A DNA stretch of 64,000 bases, taken from assembly GCA_965213925.1 (NCBI GenBank), contig OZ243927.1, positions 3,296,001 to 3,360,000 on the forward strand. Direction: 5' to 3'. The first letter of the stretch is position 1, and each line of letters starts with the position of its first letter. The notes under the pieces were generated by a model, which did no database searches, had not been told where the DNA came from, and saw nothing but the letters and a program-made list of their open reading frames with translations. A program made the translations under genes and the position numbers. Positions 50,814-62,248 of this stretch are shown piece after piece. The stretch comes from Trueperaceae bacterium. GTDB lineage: Bacteria > Deinococcota > Deinococci > Deinococcales > Trueperaceae.

Positions 50814-52679
50814 TTATTCTTCGTCGCTTTTAGCGCTGATCACGATTGAGTTGGTGAGGTATACATCGCCTTCTTCTGTCGTTATCTGCGTGACGAAGGT
50901 GTAGCTTCCTTCCTCATCCAAGCCTGTGCCGTAAGCGCTACTCTCGGTTCCTACAATCAGCGGTCTGAAGAAAAATCCTTCGTCGCTTGGCGTTCTGACG
51001 AGGTGGTCGAAGGTTGCACCGGCTGGCGCACCGGAGACTTCGAAGGACACACCTGTATTGACAGGCACGGTACTCATAATGTCACCGTATCCCGTGATAT
51101 TGCCGTCTTCGTCGCGAATGGGTTCACGGGGACCCGTTTGCGCCATGAAGTATGAGGCGTCTTGCCCTCTTGTCCGGTCAAGGTTGACTTTGAGGTCTTG
51201 GAAAGAGCGGTTGCCCTCGCCATCTTGCGAGATGACTCTAGCGGTGTATTCTGCGTTGCCCAAGTAGGGGTTCGCGTTGTAGTTGAGGGGTAACGAGACC
51301 TTCTCGGCAACTCTGTCGTCAGAGTAGTAGACGAAGCGTGATGGCGTTGCGTCTTGCTCTGGATCGCCTTCGTACATTCTCACTTCGATAAAGTCCAAAC
51401 CGCCGTTATCGGTCACTTGCACCGATATGTAAGCGTTCGTAGGGTCTTTGATCGTCTTGACGGCACCGAGGTCTTCATCGGTGGGCGAAAGAATCAGCAC
51501 AGAGGGTGCGACGCGGCTCCGGTTGTTAGTGTCGATGATGATGCTGCGCACAAGCCTGACAGCAATATCATCTTCCGTATAGAGAGCGGGCAAGCTTACG
51601 CTGAGCGTATAGGTATCGTTCGCATACTGAATTGTATCAACCGCATCTCTGACAATGTAGCTACCACTTTCGGTAGAGTCTACGTCAACGCTTGCGGACT
51701 CGTCGTTGATATAGAACTCTTCAACGACGCTTCCGGTGAAGTCGATAAGCTCGACGTGGAATCCCTCTTCGCCGTCTACCGAACCGTTTTGATTTAAGTC
51801 GAGGGTATAGCCGCTGTCCGAGAGCTGGCTCACCGAGACGCCAACGTTTAGGAGACCGGCAACGTCACTCTCGCCCGAAGGCGCAGTGATTGCAAGCACG
51901 GGCGGAGGCGCAGGATTGAAAACCGTCAGAGAAACATCGTTCGAGGTGCCGACACCGTTGTCTTCTGTAGTAGCCTTAGCCGAAAGCGTGAGCACATCGT
52001 TGTTTGGATAAATGGTCGTGTCGATGTCGAAGCGAGCCGGGAAGTCTGTCAGTCGCTTCGTCGAGGTCCCTGAGACTTCGCTATCAATCGTTAGGATGAC
52101 CTCTTTGAGGTCGTTTCCGACAGGTGCGGCGGCGCGAACCAAAACGTTGATGGTGCCGGCGAAGCAGCCGGTATCCGTATTGTCCTTACAACCGGAGGGC
52201 TTGGGCGTAAGAGCACTTGGCTCAATAAACGTAGGGTCGATGCTTACCACCGGGCTCGCTCCGGGTACAGCCGTGTTTGGATTAGAAGAAACGGGTCCAG
52301 CCACTGTGAGCGTGACCTCTTTCATCTCGCTCGTGCGGCCAAAGCCATTCGTCGCTTTGGCTCGAAGCTTGAGCGAGGCTCCGCTAGTAGCACCCATAGA
52401 ATCTAAGGAGTATTCGAGCGTTTCCGAGCCGCGGCTCACTTCATCTTCTGGGACCGTCTTGGTCGCAAGGCTTTCACCGTTGCCGTTAAAGAGTTCGATA
52501 GACTTGATGCCGCTTTGACTGTCGCTCGCAGTTACCTTGACTGTGGTAGAGCTTTGAACGCTCCCCGTATCAGGCGAAATCGATACGCTCGGCTTCGACG
52601 TATCTATGAGATAGTTACAACCCGCCAGCAACGCCACGAGCATCGCCGCAAGCAGTAACTCAACCTTAAACCTCTTCAT
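50814..52679 (-). CDS. Large lipoprotein with Ig-like beta-sandwich repeats
   Basis: AGGAGG RBS, LLAGC lipobox; KPSVSISP..VTASD..GIKSIEL and similar repeats. Confidence 0.8.
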   Translation of the reverse strand: MKRFKVELLLAAMLVALLAGCNYLIDTSKPSVSISPDTGSVQSSTTVKVTASDSQSGIKSIELFNGNGESLATKTVPEDEVSRGSETLEYSLDSMGATSGASLKLRAKATNGFGRTSEMKEVTLTVAGPVSSNPNTAVPGASPVVSIDPTFIEPSALTPKPSGCKDNTDTGCFAGTINVLVRAAAPVGNDLKEVILTIDSEVSGTSTKRLTDFPARFDIDTTIYPNNDVLTLSAKATTEDNGVGTSNDVSLTVFNPAPPPVLAITAPSGESDVAGLLNVGVSVSQLSDSGYTLDLNQNGSVDGEEGFHVELIDFTGSVVEEFYINDESASVDVDSTESGSYIVRDAVDTIQYANDTYTLSVSLPALYTEDDIAVRLVRSIIIDTNNRSRVAPSVLILSPTDEDLGAVKTIKDPTNAYISVQVTDNGGLDFIEVRMYEGDPEQDATPSRFVYYSDDRVAEKVSLPLNYNANPYLGNAEYTARVISQDGEGNRSFQDLKVNLDRTRGQDASYFMAQTGPREPIRDEDGNITGYGDIMSTVPVNTGVSFEVSGAPAGATFDHLVRTPSDEGFFFRPLIVGTESSAYGTGLDEEGSYTFVTQITTEEGDVYLTNSIVISAKSDEE

Positions 52680-53028
52680 GCATTCCTCCTTAGGATAGAC
52701 CTTCAAAACAGGTTTCAGGATAGGCAAAAAGCCGCTGCCGACCTGCAAAAAAGCCCACAGGCGCAGTGAGGGATTTTTGACGTTTAAGCCCGAAACGCTT
52801 TTCGCCAGCTCATCTGTCATAAGGTTTGTCATAAGGAACGAGTACGACGAAGCGCACTCGAGACGCGCAACGACCAACCTGATACGAAATTTGCTGCGCT
52901 AAACGAGTTAGCTGAAGCGTTTCTAAAGTAACGCCAAGGCGCGTTAGGGTTCAGTCTCAGGGTTCAATTACGGCCTGCTTGTGACTCATCGACCCGTCGT
53001 TTCACCCTTTTTGCGTTAAGGTAGCGCT

Positions 53029-54213
53029 ATGCGTACCATCGACCAGACCGTGAACGTCACCTTTCGCTATCCCGTCCTTTTCACCGAAGGTCTCTTCTCC
53101 CCGGACAACCCGCTTTTGGCCCGCACGCTCGCCCCCGAAGGGGTCAAGCGCGTGCTCTTTGTGGTGGACGAAGGCGTCGCTGAGTATCACCCCAAGCTCG
53201 TGGGCGACATCGAGCGCTACTGTGAAGTGTGGGCGGGGCTCGAGCCCGCCACCTCGCCCCTCGTCGTTCAGGGCGGCGAAGCCACCAAGAACAACCCTGC
53301 CAACGTCGAAGCTGTGCAGCGCGCGATTCATGAACACGGCGTAGACCGTCACGCTTACGTCGTCGCCGTCGGCGGCGGCGCGGTGATCGACATGGTAGGC
53401 TACGCCGCCGCGACCTCGCACCGGGGCGTGCGCCTCGTGCGCGTGCCGACCACCGTGCTCTCGCAAAACGACTCGGCGGTGGGCGTCAAGAACAGCGTGA
53501 ACGCTTTTGGCAAGAAGAACTTCTTAGGCACGTTCGCGCCACCTTTTGCTGTACTCAACGATCCGAACTTTTTAGCGACCCTGCAGCAGCGCGACTGGTT
53601 GGGCGGCGTCTCCGAGGCGGTTAAAGTCGCGCTCCTCAAAGACGCGCGCTTTTTTAAGTTTTTAGAGCAGAACGCCGAGGTGCTCGTCAGCCGTGACCTC
53701 AGAATGATGAACTACGCTGTCTACCGCTGCGCCGAGTTGCACCTGCACCACATCGCGACCTCCGGCGACCCCTTCGAGTTCGGCTCGTCGCGCCCCCTGG
53801 ACTTCGGGCACTGGGCGGCGCACAAGTTAGAAGCGATGACGGGCTATTCGCTCAGGCACGGCGAAGCGGTCGCTATAGGCATCGCTTTAGACTCGACCTA
53901 CGCCTACCTCAAAGGGATGCTCTCTAAGACGAGTTGGCAGCGCATCCTCACGCTCCTCGAGCGGCTCGACCTCGCCGTCTACACGCCCGAACTCGGCGAT
54001 ACCGCCAGCATCTTGGGCGGCTTAGACGAGTTTCGCGAGCATCTGGGCGGACGCCTCACCATCATGCTCTTAGAAGGCGTGGGTCAGGGTGCAGAAGTTC
54101 ACGAGATGGAGCCGCAAATTATCGTACAAAGTATTGACCTCTTGCGCCGTGCGCAGAGTCCTCGAGCAGCCCAGAAAGGAACCCCGTGGAAACAGCCGAC
54201 ACTTGCCCCCTGA
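53029..54213 (+). CDS. eboD: EboD-type 3-dehydroquinate synthase-like sugar-phosphate cyclase
   Basis: [59 protein letters not shown]. Confidence 0.82.
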   Translation: MRTIDQTVNVTFRYPVLFTEGLFSPDNPLLARTLAPEGVKRVLFVVDEGVAEYHPKLVGDIERYCEVWAGLEPATSPLVVQGGEATKNNPANVEAVQRAIHEHGVDRHAYVVAVGGGAVIDMVGYAAATSHRGVRLVRVPTTVLSQNDSAVGVKNSVNAFGKKNFLGTFAPPFAVLNDPNFLATLQQRDWLGGVSEAVKVALLKDARFFKFLEQNAEVLVSRDLRMMNYAVYRCAELHLHHIATSGDPFEFGSSRPLDFGHWAAHKLEAMTGYSLRHGEAVAIGIALDSTYAYLKGMLSKTSWQRILTLLERLDLAVYTPELGDTASILGGLDEFREHLGGRLTIMLLEGVGQGAEVHEMEPQIIVQSIDLLRRAQSPRAAQKGTPWKQPTLAP

Positions 54214-54536
54214 GCCAACAGCGGCTCATTGACGAGTTCTTCATCGAGCACCGCACCAAAATTTTAGACATCGCGGGCTTTTTAGACCGCCTCGACCGCA
54301 GCGTAGACAAAAACGGCGAGGACGACTTTCGGCTCCGCGCCTTCCGTAGCGCGCTCAGCATCCTCTCCGAAGGCGACGCGGGACGCGCCGAGCGGGTGCA
54401 GCTGGCGCTCAGCGACCTCGACACGGAACTCCTAGAGGAACGCGACCAGCAAGCGGCGTTCGGAGCCTCCAAAAGGGAATCCAAAGGAGAACGAGGGGAA
54501 CAAGAAGAACAAGGAGTGCACCGTGAAATATATTGA
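54186..54536 (+). CDS. Small helical hypothetical protein in the ebo operon
   Basis: Overlaps both neighbours; [30 protein letters not shown]. Confidence 0.7.
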   Translation: METADTCPLSQQRLIDEFFIEHRTKILDIAGFLDRLDRSVDKNGEDDFRLRAFRSALSILSEGDAGRAERVQLALSDLDTELLEERDQQAAFGASKRESKGERGEQEEQGVHREIY

Positions 54537-55380
54537 CCTGCACGCTCATATGGTTTCGCGCACCACCGACGACTATCAGAGGATGGCGATGACGGGCTGC
54601 GTCGCGTTGAGCGAGCCCGCATTCTGGGCGGGCTATGACCGCCGCAGCGCGGACGTGTTCGCGGACTACTTCGAGCATTTGACCGTGTTCGAGCCGAGTC
54701 GCGCCGCGCAGTACGGCATTCAGCACTACACCTGGCTCTGCTTGAACCCGAAAGAGGGCGAAGATAGGGAGCTGACCAAAGAGGTCTTAGAGATCATCCC
54801 CGAGTTTTTGGACTGCCCGAACGTGCTGGGCATCGGCGAAATCGGTCTCAACCGCGTGACGCGCAACGAACTCGCTTCGTTCAAAGACCACGTCGAACTC
54901 GCCTTGGAGCACGACCAGCTCATCCACATCCACACGCCGCACCTAGAGGATAAGTACAAAGGCACGAAGGTCATCGTCGAGACTTTGGCGGCGGATTCGC
55001 GCATTACGCCGGGACGCGTGATGGTGGACCACGCCGAAGAGCACACGCTCGGCATGATATTAGACAACGGCTTCTGGACGGGCATGACGCTCTATCCTAA
55101 GACGAAATCCTCACCAGGACGAGCCATCGACATGCTCGAGATGCACGGCTCCGAGCGCCTTTGTGTCGCGTCCGCCTGCGACTGGGGCGAGAGCGACCCC
55201 CTCGCGGTGCCGCAGTTCGTCTTGGAGATGCGCCGCCGAGGACATAGCGAAGCGCTTATTGACAAGGTCGTCATGGAGAACCCCGCGTCGTTCTTAGGAC
55301 AGTCGCCTAAGTTCAAGCTGACGAACCCCGATAGCATTATGAAAGAGGAAACCCCGCTCGTCACCCATGCACCTGAGTAA
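54523..55380 (+). CDS. eboB: EboB TatD-family hydrolase
   Basis: [43 protein letters not shown]. Confidence 0.88.
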   Translation: MKYIDLHAHMVSRTTDDYQRMAMTGCVALSEPAFWAGYDRRSADVFADYFEHLTVFEPSRAAQYGIQHYTWLCLNPKEGEDRELTKEVLEIIPEFLDCPNVLGIGEIGLNRVTRNELASFKDHVELALEHDQLIHIHTPHLEDKYKGTKVIVETLAADSRITPGRVMVDHAEEHTLGMILDNGFWTGMTLYPKTKSSPGRAIDMLEMHGSERLCVASACDWGESDPLAVPQFVLEMRRRGHSEALIDKVVMENPASFLGQSPKFKLTNPDSIMKEETPLVTHAPE

Positions 55381-56560
55381 GCAGCATTTCACCTACTGCA
55401 CGAACATTCACCCGAGCCAAGGTTTGCAAGAGGTTACGGCGAGTTTGGAGCGCTACGCCGTCCCTCTCAAGGCAGAATTCGCGCCGAATCAACCCTTCGG
55501 TATCGGGTTGAGGTTGTCGGGGCAGGAGAGCTGCGAAGTGCTGGAAGGGGAGAATTTAGCGCGTTTCAAGACCTTTTTGGACGAGCGCGGGCTCTACGTC
55601 TTCACTATGAACGGCTTTCCTTACGGTCCCTTCCACAGACAAGCCGTTAAAGCGAACGTTCACGCACCCGACTGGCGTGATGAAGAGCGGGTGCGCTATA
55701 CCTTACGGCTCATTCGGATTTTAGAACACCTCTTGCCCAGTGGCGTGACGGGCGGCATCTCGACGAGCCCGCTCTCTTACAAAGCGTGGGTAGGTAGCAG
55801 CAACGCGACGTGGGAAACGCTGACGGATAACATCGTGCGCGTCGCGGAGGAACTCTACTACGTAAAAGCGCGCGGCAAGACGATTCACCTAGACCTCGAG
55901 CCCGAGCCCGACGGACTTTTGGAAAACAGCGAAGAGGTCGTGCGCTTTTATCAGGACTGGCTCTTAGGCTACGGCGCGAAGCGGTTGGCGGCGCGGTTGA
56001 ATATCGCCGAGGAGGACGCTCGAGAGGGTCTCCTGGCGCACATCCAAATCTGCTTCGACACCTGTCACATCGCTCTAGCTTATGAGGAACCTGCAGACGT
56101 GTTGGCGCGGTTCAGCGAGGTCGGCATCAAGGTAGGCAAAGTTCAGATCAGTTCGGCGCTTAAAGTTGACTTGCCCCGAGATGAAGCTGAGCGCGGCGAG
56201 GTGGCAGACGCCCTGCAAGCCTTCGTCGAACCCACCTATCTCCACCAGGTTTTACAACGGAACGACGACGGTTCGCTCACGCAGTACCCCGACCTTTCGG
56301 GTGCACTCCCGCACATTCAAGATGCACAGGCGAAGGAGTGGCGCGTCCATTTTCACGTACCTATTTTTACAGAGCATTTCGGCGAGCTGAGTTCGACGCA
56401 AGAGGGGATTGTGAAGACGCTCGAGCTGCTTAAAAAAGAACCCTTTACCGAGCACTTGGAGATCGAGACCTACACTTGGGAAGTCTTGCCGGAAGAACTC
56501 AAGGTAGATTTATTGGGGTCTATCGGACGCGAGTATAGGTGGGCGCTCAATGTCTGCTAA
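55367..56560 (+). CDS. eboE: EboE TIM-barrel protein
   Basis: [52 protein letters not shown]. Confidence 0.92.
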   Translation: MHLSKQHFTYCTNIHPSQGLQEVTASLERYAVPLKAEFAPNQPFGIGLRLSGQESCEVLEGENLARFKTFLDERGLYVFTMNGFPYGPFHRQAVKANVHAPDWRDEERVRYTLRLIRILEHLLPSGVTGGISTSPLSYKAWVGSSNATWETLTDNIVRVAEELYYVKARGKTIHLDLEPEPDGLLENSEEVVRFYQDWLLGYGAKRLAARLNIAEEDAREGLLAHIQICFDTCHIALAYEEPADVLARFSEVGIKVGKVQISSALKVDLPRDEAERGEVADALQAFVEPTYLHQVLQRNDDGSLTQYPDLSGALPHIQDAQAKEWRVHFHVPIFTEHFGELSSTQEGIVKTLELLKKEPFTEHLEIETYTWEVLPEELKVDLLGSIGREYRWALNVC

Positions 56561-57431
56561 GCCAGGGTCCTCTAACGCGGCGCAGACGAACTGGGGGACG
56601 CTCAAAGACCACCTGGCTTTAGCGCGCATCTCGAACAGCCCGACGGTCGTGAGCAACGTGCTAGCAGGCGCGGCGCTAGGGGGTGGTCTGAGCCAACCAG
56701 GTACGGTGCTCGTACTTGCGGTGGCGCTCGTCCTTTTTTATACGGCGGGGATGGTTCTCAACGACCTCTTCGACTACGAGCACGACATCGAGATGCAGCC
56801 CGAGCGACCTCTCGCAGCAGGGCGCGTGTCCAAAGACGCCGCGCTCACCGTCACGGTGGCGCTTTTCGGCGTAGGCGGCTTTCTACTCGCTTTCATGGGC
56901 ATGGCGTCGCTGGTGTGCGGCGTCATCCTCGTTGGTTTGATCGTGCTTTACGACGCTTGGCACAAGACGAACCCGCTCAGCCCGCTACTCATGGCGAGCA
57001 CACGAGTAATGGTTTACGTCACTGCGTTTGTAGCTTTTTCTTCGCCAATTTCAGCGTCAATCATCCTCTGGTCTCTTCTACTCGCGCTCTATATCATCGG
57101 CTTAACCTATCTCGCTAAGATGGAGTCACGACCCGGCTTCGCGCGGTACTGGCCTGCGTTGGCGCTCGTCCTTCCCGCAATCTACGCCGCGCTATACGTC
57201 AACACGTGGGGACTGCTCCTCTTGCTGCTCTTCGTCGGCTGGGTGAGCTTTTGCCTCTATCTCGTCTACGTGAGACGCAGCTTTGGCGCGGCGATCGGTT
57301 CACTCATCGCGGGCGTTGCGCTCTTAGACGCGCTCGTTCTTGCGGTGATGGGCTCTGCGGTGGGCGTCGTTTTAGCGCTACTTGCGTTTGGTCTGACGCT
57401 ATTTTTTCAGCGGTACGTCAAGGGAACATGA
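56550..57431 (+). CDS. eboC: EboC UbiA-family prenyltransferase
   Basis: [30 protein letters not shown]; multi-TM. Confidence 0.85.
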   Translation: MSAKPGSSNAAQTNWGTLKDHLALARISNSPTVVSNVLAGAALGGGLSQPGTVLVLAVALVLFYTAGMVLNDLFDYEHDIEMQPERPLAAGRVSKDAALTVTVALFGVGGFLLAFMGMASLVCGVILVGLIVLYDAWHKTNPLSPLLMASTRVMVYVTAFVAFSSPISASIILWSLLLALYIIGLTYLAKMESRPGFARYWPALALVLPAIYAALYVNTWGLLLLLLFVGWVSFCLYLVYVRRSFGAAIGSLIAGVALLDALVLAVMGSAVGVVLALLAFGLTLFFQRYVKGT

Positions 57432-57471
57432 AGCGAGGTAATACTCTTAGAAGATTAAATTAGGAAGATAG

Positions 57472-57765
57472 ATGGCGTCTGAAAACCTTCTTCAAAGTTG
57501 GGCTATAACTGCGAATCATCTTATAGATGCGAGAAATAATCTGTCTTCGCCCTCCAACTCTAGTAACGCCGAATTATACGCACACTTCATCGCGGAGTTT
57601 GAGGGTTACCTTGAGCATAATGAGCTTGAACTTGCTCTTGACGCGCTGGAAGAAGCTTCGGATTATACTCAGCCACGACTCAACTTCTGGCAGAATATGA
57701 TTCTTGCCGCAGAAAACATGAAACTTGTTTCTAAGACTGCGCGGTTTCGCGAACGTGTCGAATAA
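57472..57765 (+). CDS. Low-GC hypothetical, immunity-protein-like, inserted in the ebo operon
   Basis: AT-rich; EFEGYLEHNELELALDAL..FWQNMILAAENM. Confidence 0.6.
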   Translation: MASENLLQSWAITANHLIDARNNLSSPSNSSNAELYAHFIAEFEGYLEHNELELALDALEEASDYTQPRLNFWQNMILAAENMKLVSKTARFRERVE

Positions 57766-57827
57766 AGAAACTTGCAGAGTTCACCGCTTAATTTGTTCAC
57801 TACCCTCGAGATAGGAGCCGCTAACCC

Positions 57828-59231
57828 ATGAACCGAACCGCCGTCATCAACGTCGTCGGGCTCACGCCCGAACTCATCGGCGAGCACACGCCTAAACTCA
57901 AAGCTTTCGTGGAGCGCGGCTCGCTCGCGCACGTCAAAGAGGCGCTGCCCGCTGTAACCTGCACGGCTCTAGCAACGTATACAACTGGGAAGACACCTCG
58001 TGACCACGGCGTCGTCGGTAACGGCTGGTACGCCCGCGACGCCTGCGAGGTCAAGTTCTGGCACCGCTCGGACGGCATGGTGCAAGCGCCGAAGCTGTGG
58101 GAGGTCGCCAAACAGCGAGACCCGAGTTTCACCTGCGCGAACCTCTTCTGGCGCTACGCGACCTACTCGTCAGCGGACTACACCGTGATCGAGCGTCCTA
58201 TGTATCCCGCTGACGGCCGCAAAATCCCCGATATTTACACCTGGCCGCACGCGCTTCGCCCCGCTTTGCAGAGCGACTTAGGTCAGTTTCCCCTGTTCAA
58301 CTTTTGGGGACCGAACTCGGCGGTGGTCTCGAGCCAGTGGATCGCCGACGCCGCTAAATGGATCGAGGAGCGCCACAGCCCGACCCTCTCCCTCGTCTAT
58401 CTGCCCCACCTCGACTACGGCTTGCAGCGACACGGTCCCGACTTAGCGAAAGTCTCACAGGACTTGCGCGAGATCGACGACGTGACGGGCGACCTCATCG
58501 AATTTTTCGAAGCGAAGGGCGTTCAGGTCGTTCTCGTGTCCGAATACGGCATCGACCACGCCGACAAGCCCATTCACCTCAACCGAATTTTCCGCGAGAA
58601 GGGCCTCATTCACGTGCGCGAGGAGTTGGGCTTAGAGCACCTGAACTACGGAATGAGCCCCGCCTTCGCTGTTGCCGACCATCAGATCGCGCACGTGTAC
58701 GTGCAAGATAGAAGTCGCATGGACGAGGTGCGCGGGATTTTAGAGTCCACGGACGGGGTGGCAGAAGTTTTGGACGACGCGGGCAAAAGGCGCTACAACC
58801 TGGATCATCCGCGCTCCGGCGATTTCGTTGTGCTAGCCGAGCGGGGTGCTTGGTTCACCTATTACTACTGGTTAGACGACGCCAAAGCGCCCGACTTTGC
58901 CCGCACCGTTGCGATTCACGACAAACCTGGCTACGATCCGGCGGAACTCTTCGTCAATCCAGCGTTCAAAAGCCCCAAGCTCAAAGTGGGCGGCGTGCTG
59001 CTCAAGAAGAAGCTGGGTTTTCGTTACATGATGGACGTGATCGGACTGGACGCGACGCTCGTGAAAGGCTCACACGGCTTGCGGAGCGAAACGCCCGCGA
59101 AAAGGCCTCTCTTCGTGACGCAGCAGAAGTTGGAGCAGACCTCTTTCGAGGCGGCAGACGTGTTTGGGCTCATTTTGCAGCATCTTGGCGTGGAACCAGA
59201 AGAGACAGAAGTAAACGCGCCGACTTTATAG
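57828..59231 (+). CDS. eboF: EboF alkaline phosphatase/nucleotide pyrophosphatase family
   Basis: INVVGL, PAVTC, HGVVGNGWY, YLPHLDY, SEYG, DHQIAHVY, HDKPGYDP, KGSHG. Confidence 0.9.
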   Translation: MNRTAVINVVGLTPELIGEHTPKLKAFVERGSLAHVKEALPAVTCTALATYTTGKTPRDHGVVGNGWYARDACEVKFWHRSDGMVQAPKLWEVAKQRDPSFTCANLFWRYATYSSADYTVIERPMYPADGRKIPDIYTWPHALRPALQSDLGQFPLFNFWGPNSAVVSSQWIADAAKWIEERHSPTLSLVYLPHLDYGLQRHGPDLAKVSQDLREIDDVTGDLIEFFEAKGVQVVLVSEYGIDHADKPIHLNRIFREKGLIHVREELGLEHLNYGMSPAFAVADHQIAHVYVQDRSRMDEVRGILESTDGVAEVLDDAGKRRYNLDHPRSGDFVVLAERGAWFTYYYWLDDAKAPDFARTVAIHDKPGYDPAELFVNPAFKSPKLKVGGVLLKKKLGFRYMMDVIGLDATLVKGSHGLRSETPAKRPLFVTQQKLEQTSFEAADVFGLILQHLGVEPEETEVNAPTL

Positions 59232-59277
59232 GCGCGTTCACGAACTTGACCGTGTTGACGTGACAGACTAAGGGGTC

Positions 59278-59997
59278 TTGAAATCCTCTCCGGCTATCTT
59301 CACCCAACCGCTAAGGCTCGAGGACGGCATCTACCGCGCCTTGGAGACGCGCCCGAGCGTCCCCCTCGCCCAAGCGAGCAACTTCTTGCCGCTCACCGCG
59401 GCGCTCTACGAACCGCTCTGGCGCAAGCGCTCGCTCTCCATCATCACAGGTGGCGACTTCGACGTGACGCGCGAGCTTGAGCTGATGCTCAAGTGGCTGG
59501 ACCCGCAACCCGGTCAGATCGCGCTAGACGCGGCGTGTTCGGCGGGGCTCTACGCGCGCACGCTGCTCCATCACGAGAGCGAGCTAGAGGTCCACGCGGT
59601 GGACTTTAGCGTACCGTTTCTGGAGAAGGCGAAGGAATACGCGGACAAGGAAGGGGTCACTATGACGCTCGTCCACGCCGACGTGCTGAAGCTGCCGTAT
59701 GAGGACTCGAGCTTCGACACGGTCGTTTGCGGCGCGTCGCTCAATGAGTTCGTCAACCTCCCCCGAGCCATATCCGAGTTCAGCCGCGTGCTCAAGCCGG
59801 GCGGACTGATGTGGCAGATGTACGTGTCCAAAGCCGAAGCCTGGTACGGGCGACTCTTCCAGAGCTTCTTCAGGCTTTCGGGGGTTCGCTTTATCGACCC
59901 CGCTCTCTTAGAGGATGAAGCTAAAAAGGTCGGGCTGAGGCTGCGAAAGGCGCAGCACCGAAAACGGATTACGCTGGCACTCTTCGAGAAGCTTTAG
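59278..59997 (+). CDS. Class I SAM-dependent methyltransferase
   Basis: LDAACSAG, AVDFS, ADVLKLPYEDSSFD, RVLKPGG. Confidence 0.85.
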   Translation: MKSSPAIFTQPLRLEDGIYRALETRPSVPLAQASNFLPLTAALYEPLWRKRSLSIITGGDFDVTRELELMLKWLDPQPGQIALDAACSAGLYARTLLHHESELEVHAVDFSVPFLEKAKEYADKEGVTMTLVHADVLKLPYEDSSFDTVVCGASLNEFVNLPRAISEFSRVLKPGGLMWQMYVSKAEAWYGRLFQSFFRLSGVRFIDPALLEDEAKKVGLRLRKAQHRKRITLALFEKL

Positions 59998-60965
59998 GGT
60001 TTTACCTGTAGCGCCTCGAGCTTAGCTTGTTCTCGAGCATTTCGCCGCTGTAACCGCTCGACGTGCGACTCTACGCCCGTTAATCCTTGCGCGTCTACCT
60101 CTTCGGGCGGCTCGCTGTCAAAATCCGTGATAACTCTTATTTTCTCAGCCTGCCCCTGGTAGCGAATGTCGTCGACGAGCGTGCGCGTTTCAGCGGGAGC
60201 AATGTCGCCGTCCCAACCTTGACTGAGGTCAAGAAAGGTCCAGTTCAGCGGAAGATCATCGGCGTCTAGCAGGATAGTGGTTGCGTCGGTGACGTATCCT
60301 ATCTGGCTGCCCTCGTTCTCAACGTTCACGGACAATTCCTGGTTCATGCTCACGGCGTAGCGCTGCGGAATCACGCGAATGTCAGGAGCGGCTGGCGGGC
60401 TGGAACTGACCTCTATTCCACCAATCTCGACGGCGTCCAGGTCGCTATAGATGGGTGCGTTATCATCGAGCTGAATTCCTAGAATGTAGCCCGTTTCTGC
60501 AGGCGCAAGGCAGGTGCTGGTGTAGATAGAAGATGGGAGCGCGCCAACGCTGCCGTCCACGAACTGACTATCCTCCGCAGAGAGAACGCCACCGTCGCTA
60601 TCTCGGAAGGTGATATCAACTACTTTGACGAAGCAGCGCGTCTCGTCACCAACGTTGGTGAGGGGCAAAATCCAGAAGACCGAATCGGTCTCGAGCCTCG
60701 GTCTCGAGGCGTAAAACGTCCCTAACTCGAAGTCTGCGCTGGGCGACATCAAGGTGACGTCCACCTCTTTACGCAGCGCCTGAACGTCCGCTTCGTCACT
60801 GCCGAGCGCCGCGCCCGAAAGCGTGGCGGCGTTGTTGCCCGCAATGTCGGGTTGTTCGGTAGGTGAGTCGGTATCAGGACCACTCTCCACGCTGCAAGCT
60901 ATAAGAAATAAGAGGGCGAAAACGATCGGCGTCCATCTAGATAATACCCGTTTGGATAGCATCAT
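59994..60965 (-). CDS. Acidic lipoprotein, hypothetical
   Basis: AGGAG RBS, LIAC lipobox, two beta-sandwich-like units. Confidence 0.75.
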   Translation of the reverse strand: MMLSKRVLSRWTPIVFALLFLIACSVESGPDTDSPTEQPDIAGNNAATLSGAALGSDEADVQALRKEVDVTLMSPSADFELGTFYASRPRLETDSVFWILPLTNVGDETRCFVKVVDITFRDSDGGVLSAEDSQFVDGSVGALPSSIYTSTCLAPAETGYILGIQLDDNAPIYSDLDAVEIGGIEVSSSPPAAPDIRVIPQRYAVSMNQELSVNVENEGSQIGYVTDATTILLDADDLPLNWTFLDLSQGWDGDIAPAETRTLVDDIRYQGQAEKIRVITDFDSEPPEEVDAQGLTGVESHVERLQRRNAREQAKLEALQVKP

Positions 60966-61033
60966 AGGGTGCTCCTTTAGAGGTAGAGCGTACCAGAACG
61001 GCTCAGCGCGACTCAAGCGTTTTCTAGTCGGCG

Positions 61034-61951
61034 TTAATGAAGGGTTAAATGGCTCTTGATGTCGCCCTCGACCTTGCGCCGCTTCACCCGGTACATCGCC
61101 CCGTCAGCGACTTGAAGCAGCTCGTCGGTGCTTCGGCCGTCCTGCGGGTAGAGCGCCAGACCCAAACTCGCGTTCATGCGCACCTCTTGACCTTGAATCA
61201 TGAAAGGCAGGTGGAAGGCGTCTAGCAGGGTCTCCGCCACGCGCTTGACACCGCGAACGTCTCTAAGCCCCGTCGCAATAATCGTAAATTCGTCGCCGCC
61301 CATACGGGCTAAGGTGTCGCTTTCGCGGCGGCGTCCTCTTAAACGCTCGGCGATCTGTTGCAGCAGCTCGTCACCGGCGGCGTGTCCTAAGGTGTCGTTG
61401 ACCGCTTTGAAGCCGTTCAGGTCGAGAAAGCAAACCGCGACAATTTCGCCGCTACGCTTCGCCTGGACGACGGCCTGCTCTAAGCGGTCGATGAAGAGTG
61501 AGCGATTGGGCAAGCCTGTCAGCACATCGTGTTGCGCCAGGTGGAGGAGCTGCGCCTGCTTCTCGAGCAACGCTTTCTTCTGTTTATGAAGTTGCACGCG
61601 CACGTCGCGCAGATAGCCGACGACGCCGCCGAGGAAAAGAACAGCGACGTGACCTGCGCCGTCCTGATGATAGAGCACAGCGCCCCAACCGCCCGAAGCG
61701 GGGTCTACGAGGTTGAATAAAAGGGTGTTGACAACGAAGCTAAATGCACCCGCAAAGAGGCCGGCATATAATCCCCAGAGCCAAGCGCTGAGCGCGACGG
61801 GCAGGAGCGCCAACGCCCCCATCTGCGCTCCGAACGTGTCGAAGCTGAACATAAATAGGGCGATATAGAAGCCCCAACCCGCAAGCGCGACGAGAAGCTT
61901 GAGGGTGCGCGGCTTAAAGGTACGTCGTAGTAGAGAGAGAGCCTCACGCAT
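61034..61951 (-). CDS. Membrane-bound diguanylate cyclase
   Basis: N-terminal TMs; HDVLTGLPNR, DLNGFKAVNDTLGH, RESD I-site, ARMGGDEF. Confidence 0.9.
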   Translation of the reverse strand: MREALSLLRRTFKPRTLKLLVALAGWGFYIALFMFSFDTFGAQMGALALLPVALSAWLWGLYAGLFAGAFSFVVNTLLFNLVDPASGGWGAVLYHQDGAGHVAVLFLGGVVGYLRDVRVQLHKQKKALLEKQAQLLHLAQHDVLTGLPNRSLFIDRLEQAVVQAKRSGEIVAVCFLDLNGFKAVNDTLGHAAGDELLQQIAERLRGRRRESDTLARMGGDEFTIIATGLRDVRGVKRVAETLLDAFHLPFMIQGQEVRMNASLGLALYPQDGRSTDELLQVADGAMYRVKRRKVEGDIKSHLTLH

Positions 61952-62248
61952 TAGATTGTCACTCTATAAGTCTACGTCTGACAAGAGTCTGACCGGGGCG
62001 CATCTGCACATCAAGGCGAGGTTCATGAAAAGGATAAACTAGGGGTATGTCGGTATCATGTTATTTATTTACTTTTGGATCAACTCGAGCAAACTTAGTA
62101 AAATGGGTAGCATTTCAGCATTTCAGCAGGTCAGCAGGTCAGGAAAAACTGCTTTACGATATGCGCGTAGGGAGCGTTTCCCTGCACGCATTCCTCGAGA
62201 AACTCGTTTCTTCAGGCAACGGTCGCGCCTCATCCAAACAACCCTTTT

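Noticed and set aside
53029..54213. Calling this gene aroB
   Set aside because: The [14 protein letters not shown] motif and operon context indicate EboD rather than shikimate-pathway AroB
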